From contig NC_134031.1 of assembly GCF_964204645.1 (NCBI RefSeq), positions 3,658,001 to 3,722,000 of the forward strand: 64,000 nucleotides of DNA, read 5' to 3'. Positions 1-10,114 of the stretch are shown one piece after another (position 1 is the stretch's first letter; each line of letters opens with the position of its first letter). This stretch comes from Tubulanus polymorphus (lineage: Eukaryota > Animalia > Nemertea). The notes under the pieces were generated by a model, which was not told the origin of the DNA, did no database searches, and saw only the letters and a list, made by a program, of their open reading frames with translations. Both the position numbers and the translations under genes were made by a program.

Positions 1-109
1 CGACACCTGGTGGATCCCTGTAGAATCCTCGCTTGCCACAGTACCGGTCCCTCACTAACAGCATACGCCACGAAAGTAAACTATTCTAGTAACATCAAAT
101 CGATCATAA

Positions 110-583
110 CTAAAGCATTCCAATAGGCTCAGTACGACTACATCTCTCATTTCTGATACGACCTGTGCACTTTCTTGTACCACAACATTGTGAACTGGAG
201 AAACATCTGCTTCCCATTGGTTTACAAGGCATCGACCTGCATTCATATCTTCCGGGAACGAATTCCCAACCTTGAGTCCTTCCTCCTGTCATCATACACC
301 TCGCTTTGTAACCAGGACTATCTGCCGCGCAACATTCTTCATTAGATCTACAGGCCTGACCTTGTGGCGTACATTCCTTTTCCTTCTCCTTAGGTAAACA
401 ATACGTGTTGGGCATCGAGTCTAGAATTTTTCGGCACACCCTTTCTTTGCCCGGTTTTGAACAACACGTATCTGTTTGGCGGTTGCAGGGTTTTGCCCAT
501 TCTATGCATCCTGCGTCCTGACTCGCGTTGACATGCGCGAGCATGAACATCAGCAAACCACTAGTTATCATAAACAGATTCAT
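110..583 (-). CDS. Secreted triple-knottin (3x ICK-type, 18 Cys) toxin-like protein, paralog 1, 157 aa
   Basis: The likely ATG is at 583; the ORF-track GTG at 604 lies in a 5'UTR intron. Hydrophobic signal MNLFMITSGLLMFMLAHVNA is followed by three modules: C-X6-C-X6-CC-X8-C-X11-C, C-X6-C-X5-CC-X10-C-X18-C, C-X6-C-X5-CC-X4-C-X8-C. Frame and all cysteines are conserved with the paralog at 2776-3210. Confidence 0.9.
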   Translation of the reverse strand: MNLFMITSGLLMFMLAHVNASQDAGCIEWAKPCNRQTDTCCSKPGKERVCRKILDSMPNTYCLPKEKEKECTPQGQACRSNEECCAADSPGYKARCMMTGGRTQGWEFVPGRYECRSMPCKPMGSRCFSSSQCCGTRKCTGRIRNERCSRTEPIGML

Positions 584-586
584 TTT

Positions 587-675
587 CTGAAATAATAAGG
601 GCACGGTAAATAAATGTTCATACGATTGATTTACGTGCTACTAGACAAAATGCACAATTTCAAGTTTTTACTTAC
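587..675 (-). other. Predicted 5'UTR intron of knottin paralog 1
   Basis: Minus strand reads GTAAGT...cttattatttcAG|AAAATG. The equivalent intron in paralog 2 is 3214-3306. Confidence 0.7.
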
Positions 676-1248
676 TAGTACGTTTCTTCCACCAACGTCA
701 CCGAGGAAATGTCCGAATAACGCGGATTAAGGGTTTTTAAACAGACGATTATAAATATGAATTTATATTGTTCACGGCAAAAATCACAAAGACATTCACC
801 GATGCGATGCATGCGTTCCAGAACAGGAACCAACAGGTCAGCGATGGCTCATTGCCAACAAGTTAATAGGAATTGAATCGTTTTGCTATGAGCGCTATGA
901 TCTTAAATTGACCAGGGAAGTCACACTTCCCTGAATTGACCAATATTCAATGTATACAGCATAGGTATTATTCGGTCAGTCAAACATTCATACAATTCTG
1001 TGAGGCTAACACACTCCATTAACCTTCAGCCAATTCACCATAAGTCACGATTGATAAAACACTATATGTGTTGACGCGATGTAGAGAGAATCCCACAATG
1101 ATAAGGAAAAAGGAGAATATAAATATAAATTGTAACTTAAAATCAGTAGTAAAGGGACAAACTAGGGGCACTTAAATTAAAACAATGGTGAATACAAGTT
1201 GAGACTAAGATTGATGGGTGACACATAACAAAGGGATCAAAGGAGAAT

Positions 1249-1491
1249 TCAGGTTTTAAGTTTAACCAGTTCACAGAGGAATTTTGATATAAGTTTATTG
1301 TGGGGTGAAAAACCATTGTTAAAATTTACAACATCGTTCGAATTTTCAATTATTAGTGCAGATTCCAAAATATGTCTTTTAGTTTTATCGCTGCAAGGGT
1401 AAATCCATTCGGCATTAACGAAATCAAAATTGTGTGAGGTCTGAAATACATGACTAGCAACTCCGCTTTCAGGTTTAAAGTTTTTTACATC
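1249..1491 (-). pseudogene. C-terminal fragment of Penelope-type GIY-YIG endonuclease
   Basis: Open frame DVKNFKPESGVASHVFQTSHNFDFVNAEWIYPCSDKTKRHILESALIIENSNDVVNFNNGFSPHNKLISKFLCELVKLKT*. The pattern S.VA.H....H.FDF...R.ILES..I......N...G is typical of PLE endonuclease C-termini. Confidence 0.8.
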
Positions 1492-1705
1492 TAACTAGTG
1501 CTCGATTTTAAGTTACAATTTATATCTATACTCACTATTGTTTCTTATAATTACCCTTGGTTTGCTTCCCTTTAATCTATCTTAACGTGTAACTGTTTCA
1601 ACGTTCATTTTCCTTTATGTATCATCTCTGATTACTTGAATTAGTCTCTTTGTCTCTGGATTGTATATATATATATATATATCTCATAATTTTTGTTATA
1701 TCTCA

Positions 1706-1751
1706 TTATTCCTGAAGATGACTATTAGGATATAGTCGAAACGTTGAATAA
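1706..1751 (+). ncRNA. Minimal type I hammerhead ribozyme (Penelope-associated)
   Basis: TTATTC-CTGAAGA-T-GACTAT(TAGGAT)ATAGTC-GAAAC-GTT-GAATAA: stem I TTATTC/GAATAA, core CUGANGA and GAAA, stem II, palindromic AACGTT in place of stem III. Confidence 0.8.
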
Positions 1752-2386
1752 ACTACTATCTCAAAGTTACATTTTCGGATTTTTTCCTTATCATTGTGGG
1801 ATTCTCTCTACATTCACCATAAGATCCAGATAATACTGCATACTGGTATTCTTCACTGTTTTGAGCACGATCACACGGAGACGATTTGGCCCTGGACCGA
1901 ACCCGAGTCAAATTTTGTCCAGTGCTTCTTACCTCACAATCACTGGTTTATACCAGTAAGCGTTTTATGGAATTATTTTACCAGTGTAAAAATTTCAGGC
2001 CGTGTCAAAACAGCTATTTGGAACAGTTGGCTTCGGTATGGGCCAAACTTGTCGTGCATCAAAAATGCTCATGTGATGGCTGCTCTAGTCATCAGATTTA
2101 TAGAGGGTTTTCTTTTTCCTGGGGACATGTTTGAAATTCCACAACGGTTTGTTTCACTGTCAACTACGATCTCGTCAGGTATCTTCACAGGAAGATCACA
2201 CTTTCCAATGAGAAAATGGCAAAAAAATCAGATTGCCATAGATACATAAATTCCTCATTGCATCCAGTTTCATGTGATTGGTCAGAATCGAAACAAGTCA
2301 GGAGAAGAAAAACTTCTGAATGTTCTGTTCATCGGAAATTCTTAATTAAATGAATTAAAAATACAACAAATAGTCGACAAATTGAC

Positions 2387-2392
2387 TTTATT
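2387..2392 (-). terminator. Candidate polyadenylation signal of knottin paralog 2
   Basis: AATAAA on the minus strand about 385 nt after the stop codon, followed by a GU/U-rich tract (TTTGTTGTATTTTT). Confidence 0.5.
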
Positions 2393-2775
2393 TTAATTTT
2401 AGATGTCACAAAAAACCTCACTGAACTTATTTTCTTGAATTAAACAACTGACCACTAATCATTACTATCAAAAACACAAAATCGACATCTTCACCAATTA
2501 ATCTACCATGAAATGACTACTATGACAACACAACAAATGAGTTACATATAGCGAAAATATGTTGATTAAAGCGATGAAATTTGAACTGGATTTTAAGGCT
2601 ACAGATTTAAAATATATTATCAAATGACGGTACCCCATCGAAACGTGGTAACCAAGTTACCACTAGCGACACCTGGTGGATCCCTGTAGAATCCTCACTT
2701 GCCACAGTACCGGTCCCTCACTAACAGCATACGCCACGAAAGTAAACTATTCTAGTAACATCAAATCGATCATAA

Positions 2776-3210
2776 CTAAGGCATTCCAATAGGCTCAGTA
2801 CGACTACATCTCATATTTCTGATAGGACCTGTGCAGCTTGTTGTACCACAACACTCGTAACTGTAGAAACATCTCCTTCCCATTGTTTTACAAGGCATCG
2901 ACCTGCATTCAAATCTTCGTCCTATCATCGTACACCTCGCTTCGTAACCAGGACTATCTGCCGCGCAACAATCCTCATTCATGCTACAGGCCTCACGATT
3001 TGTTTTACACCTCTCCTTATGTAGACAAATCGTTGCGGGCATCGAGTCTCGAATTTGTCGGCACACCACTTCTTTGCCTGGTTTTGAACAACACGTATCT
3101 GTTCGGCGGTTGCAGGGTTCCGCCCATTCTATGCATCCTGCATCCCGACTCGCGTTGACATGCGCGAGCATGAACATCAGCAAACCACTAGTTATCATAA
3201 ACAGATTCAT
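2776..3210 (-). CDS. Secreted triple-knottin (3x ICK-type, 18 Cys) toxin-like protein, paralog 2, 144 aa
   Basis: Identical 20-aa signal peptide and the same 18 cysteines as paralog 1. Indels relative to paralog 1 are in frame (linker 5 vs 8 aa; last loop of module 2 is 8 vs 18 aa). Confidence 0.9.
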   Translation of the reverse strand: MNLFMITSGLLMFMLAHVNASRDAGCIEWAEPCNRRTDTCCSKPGKEVVCRQIRDSMPATICLHKERCKTNREACSMNEDCCAADSPGYEARCTMIGRRFECRSMPCKTMGRRCFYSYECCGTTSCTGPIRNMRCSRTEPIGMP

Positions 3211-3213
3211 TTT

Positions 3214-3306
3214 CTGAAATAATAAAGGCACAGTAAATAAATGTTTATACGATTGATTTACGTGCTACTAGACAAAATGCACAATTTCAAGTTTTTACTT
3301 ACTTAC
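3214..3306 (-). other. Predicted 5'UTR intron of knottin paralog 2
   Basis: GTAAGT donor, pyrimidine-rich tract and CAG acceptor 3 nt before the ATG. Confidence 0.7.
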
Positions 3307-3360
3307 TAGTACGTTTCTTCCGCCAACGTCAACGAGGAAATGTCCGAATAAATTAAGGGT

Positions 3361-3367
3361 TTTTATA
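3361..3367 (-). promoter_or_regulatory. TATA box of knottin paralog 2
   Basis: TATAAAA on the minus strand about 60 bp upstream of the 5'UTR intron donor. Paralog 1 has TTTAAAA at 735-741. Confidence 0.5.
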
Positions 3368-3560
3368 CAGATGATTATAAAAATGAATTCATATTGTTCA
3401 CGGCAAAAAATCACAAAGACATTCACCGATGCGACGACGCATGCATGCCAGAACCGGAACCAACAGGTCAGCGATGGCTCATTGCCAACAAGTAAATAGG
3501 AATGGAATCGTTTGTTATGAGCGTTATGATCTTAAATTGACCACTTCTTAATTCCAGCAT

Positions 3561-3766
3561 GAGGAGAGAATCCCACAATGATAATAAAAAGTCCGAAAAT
3601 GAAACTTTGAGATAGTAGTTTATTCAACGTTTCGACTATATCCTAATAGTCATCTTCAGGAATAATAAAACTACTATCTCAAAGTTTCATTTTCGGACTT
3701 TTTATTATCATTGTGGGATTCTCTCCTCATCGCGTCAACACGGATATTGTGTTTTACCTATCGTGA
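3561..3766. mobile_element. Penelope-like remnant: inverted pseudo-LTR pair plus short tail
   Basis: 13-bp TSD TTAATTCCAGCAT (3548-3560 and 3767-3779); inverted repeat of about 60 bp (3561-3621 / 3668-3728) enclosing a hammerhead. Confidence 0.85.
3620..3665 (-). ncRNA. Minimal hammerhead ribozyme copy
   Basis: Reverse complement of the motif at 1706-1751. Confidence 0.8.
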
Positions 3767-4605
3767 TTAATTCCAGCATATTTTAACGATTTCAATATTC
3801 ATCACTCCCTGTGTTGCAAATGGTACAAATCATGCAGATTGATTACTATCCACAAAATATCCAGATACCTATCGCCCTAGAATGATAGTGGTCATCAGGA
3901 GCAAGTCACTAGTAGACAGTTTTCAGTTATGATTTGACTCGAAATTAAATCATCGGAAATGAACCAATTTCAACTCAGAGCTAAGCCCCTGTTTCATTCC
4001 CGGCAGGTGTGGTGGGTTTGTGAGGGACACTCAATCAAAAAATCGAACAAAATTTATTACCAACCAAATGAATTACAGGGTCAATCCCTATTTAAAAAAA
4101 AAAATCCGAACTGTGGAAACGGGTCCTGGTTCGTAGACGGTTGTTCGTTTCGAGACATCAAAATAATGGTTTGATTGGAAATAAATGATAATTATTCTGA
4201 TTTTGATATTTCGAGTATTTTCATATTTTTGGAATAGTTGAGCTCTTTTTATCAAAGAGCAGAAGCTACTCTCAAATAGTAGCTGTAGTCAGATCTACAG
4301 TGCCGGTGTATACGCGATATTCGACTATATGCCGGTGTATTGTATACAAAACACAAGCGAGGACTTCAGTCGAATTCGTTAAGTCAAAGCCAACATTTTC
4401 GTGGCGCCTTTTCACGGATCATTAACCGAATTACCGAATTCGCGTTCGAAAAACGAAATTTCTCCGAACGAGATGAAAGCCGGCGCGAGCCGCTTTAATC
4501 AAGCGAGCGACATCCAACGCAGTTTCTACCGTCCGTAAAAAAAAATCGCAATTAGCCGCGCGGAAGGAAACGCGCGAGCGAATATGTCGATGATTTTCGA
4601 CGAAC

Positions 4606-4744
4606 CTGTTTATTTCCTGACTTGCGACGTTTGATGTGCGGTCTGAAGTCGTCGCCGTGACGTACGAAGTAGAAGTACGACACTAAACGCTCCAACGGAT
4701 CGCGTATTAGATTTATATACAACGGTTTCTGTATTGCACCAAAT
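4606..4744 (-). CDS. HS2ST1: HS2ST1 exon (139 bp) with 3'-phosphate-binding motif
   Basis: (R)FGAIQKPLYINLIRDPLERLVSYFYFVRHGDDFRPHIKRRKSGNKQ; phase 2/0. The next expected exon (TFDECV-like) was not found in 1-4605. Confidence 0.97.
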
Positions 4745-6157
4745 CTGAAAAACAAAAATTCGCATATTAAATTAAAGCCGTTACGCGCCGTAGTCACGAG
4801 ACAGAGCTTTTTATTTCAACAGGACGTGTAGTCTACGATATAAGTTAGGCTACAAACACTATAGAAAGATATCCTACGTCTGAAAAAATTTGAAAGACTT
4901 TTTCAGACCAGACTCAATATTTCTAATCGTTTTAGTTTTCGCCAAAAAAAAGAGTAACTCGAATCAAAAATAGTAGTTTGATTGAAAATGAAACAGAAAT
5001 TATTCTGATTTTGAGAATATTTTGATATTTCTGGAGTGAGCTCTCAAATATTAGTCAGAACTGTTTGTGATATGGAAGTTGCTCTACGGTTGCTTGATAT
5101 AATGAACTAGAAACAGTTCTGATTCTATCGAGTATTTTGATATTTTTGGGAGTAGTTCAGTTCTTTAAAACAGTAGAAACTACTCTCACACAGAAGTCCA
5201 CGCATGTTATTCCGAAAGTAGAACTTTTTACTTATAAGTTTTTACTTATAATATGGCGAATGATTCACTGAAGAAATTTGCCTAGTCTTTCACGAGCTTC
5301 AGAAAATCTCTTTCCATGACATAACAAGATTTCCTCCACTGTCCATATTATGTAGTTAAAAAAGCTTGGTTGTCGCAGAAACATCTAACTTCTGTATTTA
5401 GCCACAGGCAGTTTTTGACTTCAGAAAGAAACTCGATTTTAAATCTCCCCCATCCCATTATGTACTATGATTGCCGCTGTGTACAGCAAAAAAGTTTTGT
5501 TGGATAAAATGATCTTGCCTCGAAGGCCAGCAGCAGTTTGATTTTTTTTTAAATAAAAAAATCCCAGACATGCTCATGATTTACGAAGAGACTGCCGGCC
5601 GGGGTCTGCGGTTCAAAAATTGAATTCGTTTCTTTTGCACGAGGAGGAATCTCTGTTACTCGAGGGATCAGACGAAATGGAAATATTTACACAATAACGA
5701 ACTAAATATTTATACAATTGAGGAAACATTTATACAGATTTTATACAGCGGAATACACACGTCAACTTGGAGAATTCTAAACATACGCAGAGCTTGAGCA
5801 TTACAAAACAAATTTCCACTTATTGAATCTGCGAAAAATATCATATTTCAATAATTTTAAAGGTTATTCCTCCAGAAACTAGACCCCAAAACGATTCTAT
5901 TCAATGCATCTGAGAGAAACCAAAATTATGAAGATTTTAAAGGTTACCCGATGAAAACTGACTCCGTTTCATCAACAATTTCAGAAATATCAAAATATCC
6001 AGACTTTTGTAGGTTATCATATCTCCAAAACTGAACGAATCTGAGAAAACTCCAAATGTCATAAAACAGTTAATTCCGTAAAGCGATATGTGAACAAAAC
6101 CATATTGAACCAAGTCCAGTTTAGAGTCGATGAAACGATTATTCTCATGTTTTTTAC

Positions 6158-6243
6158 CTGGTAAATTCGAGGTAAGCTAAATGACCATGATACATCGCCG
6201 GTTGCTTCGCCTTCCATTTCGTTATATTCCGAACGAATCTCAT
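6158..6243 (-). CDS. HS2ST1: HS2ST1 exon (86 bp), not in the ORF track
   Basis: MRFVRNITKWKAKQPAMYHGHLAYLEFT(R) includes the catalytic-region HGH motif; poly-T tract with CAG acceptor, GTAAAA donor, phase 0/2. Confidence 0.95.
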
Positions 6244-9200
6244 CTGGAATTAAAAAAAAAAAAAACGCCGATTAATGTGAAATTCTCTGACAAACATCGG
6301 GATTAATTTCGTTACTGAAAATACGTGGTGAAAATTTTCTTGAAGTTTAAAACGCGTGTTAAACGGGGAACCTCCAATGTTAATGCGGCAATTGTAGATT
6401 CTGCTTGTGGCAAGCAAGGATCCACCAGGTGTCACTAGTAGTTACTTAGTCTTTGCGGCCCGGGTTCGAGTCTCACTCTTTGATATACACTTTGATACGA
6501 CGATTTTATTTTTGTAAATCCTCTATGTACCAAAAGTTCTGAGTTATTGAAATCGAATGAACTTTTCTCATCTACTTATGAAAACTATACCGATCACTGA
6601 GTAGAAAAAAGAATTAAATTTTAAATTTTTTGGATCCAGTGATAAGGTATGGATTCGGGAGCTTAGAAATTCAGTTAAAAGTTCAGCATTCATAATGAAC
6701 TGATTCTTTAGCACTTAATCTGTTACTTGATCGAACGTGTTTTTATTGCTGGCTGTACTAGGCTTAGCTATGAACTTATTACGAACTGTATGACACTTGT
6801 ACGTTTTGCCTCACTGAGTTTGTGTCGATCTCTGTCAAAATGCGATCATCGACATGTTTTAAACTAAAAATCAGCTTATTCGGAGATAAACTCCGCATTG
6901 GTCTGATTTCTACGAGGTTAACGCGCACGGTTTCTGCGGTTAAGCCGCGGCTTAGAATCAGTCGAAGCCGCGCACGCTCAATCACTTTATTCCAGTCGAC
7001 GGACGACGCGGCGACATGTCGGCGCACGTCCGCAGTCGCGCCCGACCCGAACCCGGCTTCCATCGACTTTGCGTCAGACGGAGCCGAAAATTAATTCAAG
7101 GGACGTAACGGCGCGCGAAGAGCAACAAGACACTAATCCTGCGCCAATCAGATACACGCCAAACACGATTTACCGACGACGGGTCGATGTACCGGAAAAC
7201 GTCCCCGCGGTCCCGCCGGTACCGACTAGAATTGACAAGCGTGGATTACCGCGGATTCCGTCGCGAATAAATATTTCGCGTCGATTCGACGCTCTTCGCC
7301 AATAAGGTTTCTTCGCTTAGGGTTTGAACGTCGATTCCATCGGGTTTAAGACCGATTCCTCTGGGGGCGAACGCCGATTCGGAATCGGTGTTCATCGCGA
7401 TTCACAATGAATACAATAACGAGATAAAACCCTGCACTCGTCGCCAAACATTTTCTGAAAAAAACTTTGTCAATTTTTTTTTCCACAAAATTGATAAGTG
7501 AAGTAAATCGATTAAAGTTTTTTTAAGCGAGGTGAATGGTTTTAGGTCATTGGTCGTTCGCATGGGATCACATTCAGTGATTATGTTTTTGAATCCAGGC
7601 ATTGCATCTGAGGAGATGGCGAACCTACTAATCATGGTCCGAGTGGCTTTCCAAAACAAAATATTACATTCCATTGCGAAAGAGTATATTAGTAACTTTA
7701 GCCGTGTTCATTCTCCATCATTAAGAATGTTCAAAATTGAGTCCGTTCCAATCTAGAATGGACCAAGCATCTAGACTAGTGAAAAGTCTGGTTTAAGTTG
7801 GTCCATTCCATTTTAGAACAGACCAAAAAGACCGATCCAGGTCCGTTCTGAATTTCAGAAGTTGGACCAGTGACATCAGCAGATTGAAAAATGTGGGTGA
7901 ATGCACAGCATTGATTCGGTCCATTCTAGGCACAATCCAAATCAAAGCAAACTAAAATCAGCAATAGTACTGTGAGCATAATAAACTCAATAAGCTTTAT
8001 CCGTGAGATAGGTTTGTCACCTCAGGATAAGCTAACAGTGTCTACACGGCATATGACAAGTGTGTAAATATGCTTTGACGACTGAATTTCATAGAAAAAA
8101 TCTGCAGTATCTATATTTGCGTATGATATGATGTAATATGTCATTAGTCGACGAATGCTTCAGGCTTCGTATCGGAAAATTTCAAGTTTTCAAACGTAAT
8201 CGATGTACATATCGCGATATGTCATTTGAGAGCGCGATATCTGTACGTCGCGCATATAACCGATTATGAATATTTTAAAAAACCGATGTTTCGTAAATTC
8301 GCGCGTGCGGTTCATTCGTTTGAAATAGATTTGCATTCAGCGTGCCGAATCTATTCCCCATCATTATCCCCATAACATCGGATCAGAAAGCGAGCCCGGA
8401 GTCGCGGCGGAATCGCGCGAATCGGAACAGTTAAACACATTTTCAGAAATTGAGTTTCGTCGCGACCAATCTTTGATCGAAATTCGATTTTCGCAGACAA
8501 TTACCGAGTTGAAAAATCAATGATTCGCGGTACGGCGTAATCATCATTATCAACCCGGTATAGCCTCAGCATATCTCTATCAGATCAGACCTTGGAGTAA
8601 TCACTCCAAGATCAGACTAACTGAAATCTGAAATGATATCAATATATAAGATAGTCATTACAGTCATGTAAGGTATAAATTTTTGGGCGTTATGGCACGA
8701 GTAAGTTATGTAACTGTACGTTCGGGGCTCAACAACGCCTGCCCCATGGGGAAAGGGCTGATAGTCTAAAAACCACGGCACCTAGAAGCTGAGCGTGTTG
8801 GGTGAAGTTTAAACTGCCCAAATTAGTTTAGTGTACAGCCTGTGACCAGCAAGATTCGAAAACATGGGCACTGATAGCTTTGAAGTAACTTATTTCTCGG
8901 TGGGGGTCACAAATGTCTTAAAACTTTTCAATTTTGTCTACTGAGACGTAGTGACCATTCTCAATAGATACCAAACCTTATATTATTGATATCAACCTGA
9001 CAAACATTTCATTATCTATAGTTTTATGTTCTATATGAATCTGTGCAAACTAAGCTTTACGAGGCAAACGGCACTAAAAACGACGAAATACAAACATTTA
9101 TCTACAAAATAACGAAACATCAAACCGTATTTATCGAGCTAAATATATTTTCCTCGTTACATAAGGTAAACACTATTTCGTTTCCGCTGTTTCGAGTTTT

Positions 9201-9834
9201 TTTCACTATTTAGCAGAGCCCTGATTTTATCTTAAGACGCCGATGATCATCTCTATTCCGGGGATGATCTCCTCCTCCTCCCGCGATGGATTTAACGACT
9301 ATCATTGTTTCATCCCGGGTATTCTCCGTGTAATGATCGCGATGACACGTCGAGTCAACAGGTCGTAGACGACGAGATTATCGCCATGGGAACGATTTTC
9401 GTCGCCGACTTGTTGCAATTAAAGAGAATCCGATGTCGTCGATTTCAACCGTCGGGGAGTGATTTTAATTTGCCGACGTTGTTTTCGTACGAGGATTTTA
9501 TAGCGTCGCGAGCTCGTGATTTTCTCGTGAACGAGAGAAATACAATTCATGAAACTCGCGGAAATCTTTAGATGAAACGAAGTATTTCTGGTTTTAGATA
9601 TAAGATTCAGGATTTAAGTCGTAAAATATAAGATTTAAGGGTTGAAGTCTTAAGATAAAAGGTTTAAGATGTTGAAGTCTTAAGATAAAAGGTTTAAGAT
9701 GGTTAAGTCTTTATATATAAGATTTAAGATTTAAAGAAGTCTTAAGATAAATAGATTTTGAATTGAGAAGTTTAGACCTATAAGATATAAGATTGTTAAA
9801 GTTATAAGATAATGACTAAGACTTTTTAAGTCAT

Positions 9835-10114
9835 CAGGGTGTCCACTTTTATTTGACTTGCTTTTATCCCTGACTATTCCCTGACATGCACAATGTTTTC
9901 CCTGACTCGATCTGCTAAGAGTCCAATCAATTGACTCAGTCAAATATGTAAGACATAGACGCAAACTGTTTGATTTTATGCACGATCTAACAATCTCAAC
10001 ACGTTTCCCTGATTTTTTGCCTTTTCTACAGAATTCTCGGAATTTTCTTCAAAAAAAAAATTCCCTGACTTCACCTGACTTTACCCTGATTTGCAGGGAA
10101 GTGGCGCCACCCTG
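9835..10114. mobile_element. hAT-like MITE (relatives near 40259-40523 and 41950-42050)
   Basis: Termini CAGGGTGTCCACTT / AAGTGGCGCCACCCTG with subterminal TTCCCTGA repeats; no clear TSD. Confidence 0.55.

Larger units (their letters stand above)
1..914. repeat. Tandem segmental duplication unit A (knottin gene plus flanks); truncated by window edge
   Basis: 1-914 aligns with 2667-3543. Only one mismatch is seen across the 109 bp 3' of the stop codon. Homology ends at cttaaattgacca. Confidence 0.95.
1045..1811 (-). mobile_element. Penelope-like retroelement, 5'-truncated with inverted pseudo-LTR
   Basis: 12-bp TSD ATTCACCATAAG (1033-1044 and 1812-1823); contains a GIY-YIG C-terminal fragment and a hammerhead motif; termini shared with three other copies in the window. 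Confidence 0.85.
2667..3543. repeat. Tandem segmental duplication unit B
   Basis: Direct counterpart of 1-914. Confidence 0.95.

Noticed and set aside
584-604. N-terminal MPLLFQK extension in the ORF track (also 3211-3231)
   Set aside because: The GTG start lies inside the predicted intron acceptor region; the downstream ATG begins a clean signal peptide.
1794-2249. 151-aa plus-strand ORF, or a possible further HS2ST1 exon in this interval
   Set aside because: Spans a Penelope end and a family B MITE; no TFDECV/PFFCG-like sequence on the minus strand.
2838-3217. Plus-strand ORFs overlapping knottin paralog 2 (and the alternative-frame ORF 55-246)
   Set aside because: Shadow frames of the real CDS; not conserved between paralogs.
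7532-7756. FRSLVVRMGSH motif reminiscent of some DNA-transposon-associated proteins
   Set aside because: Similarity is too short and does not extend.
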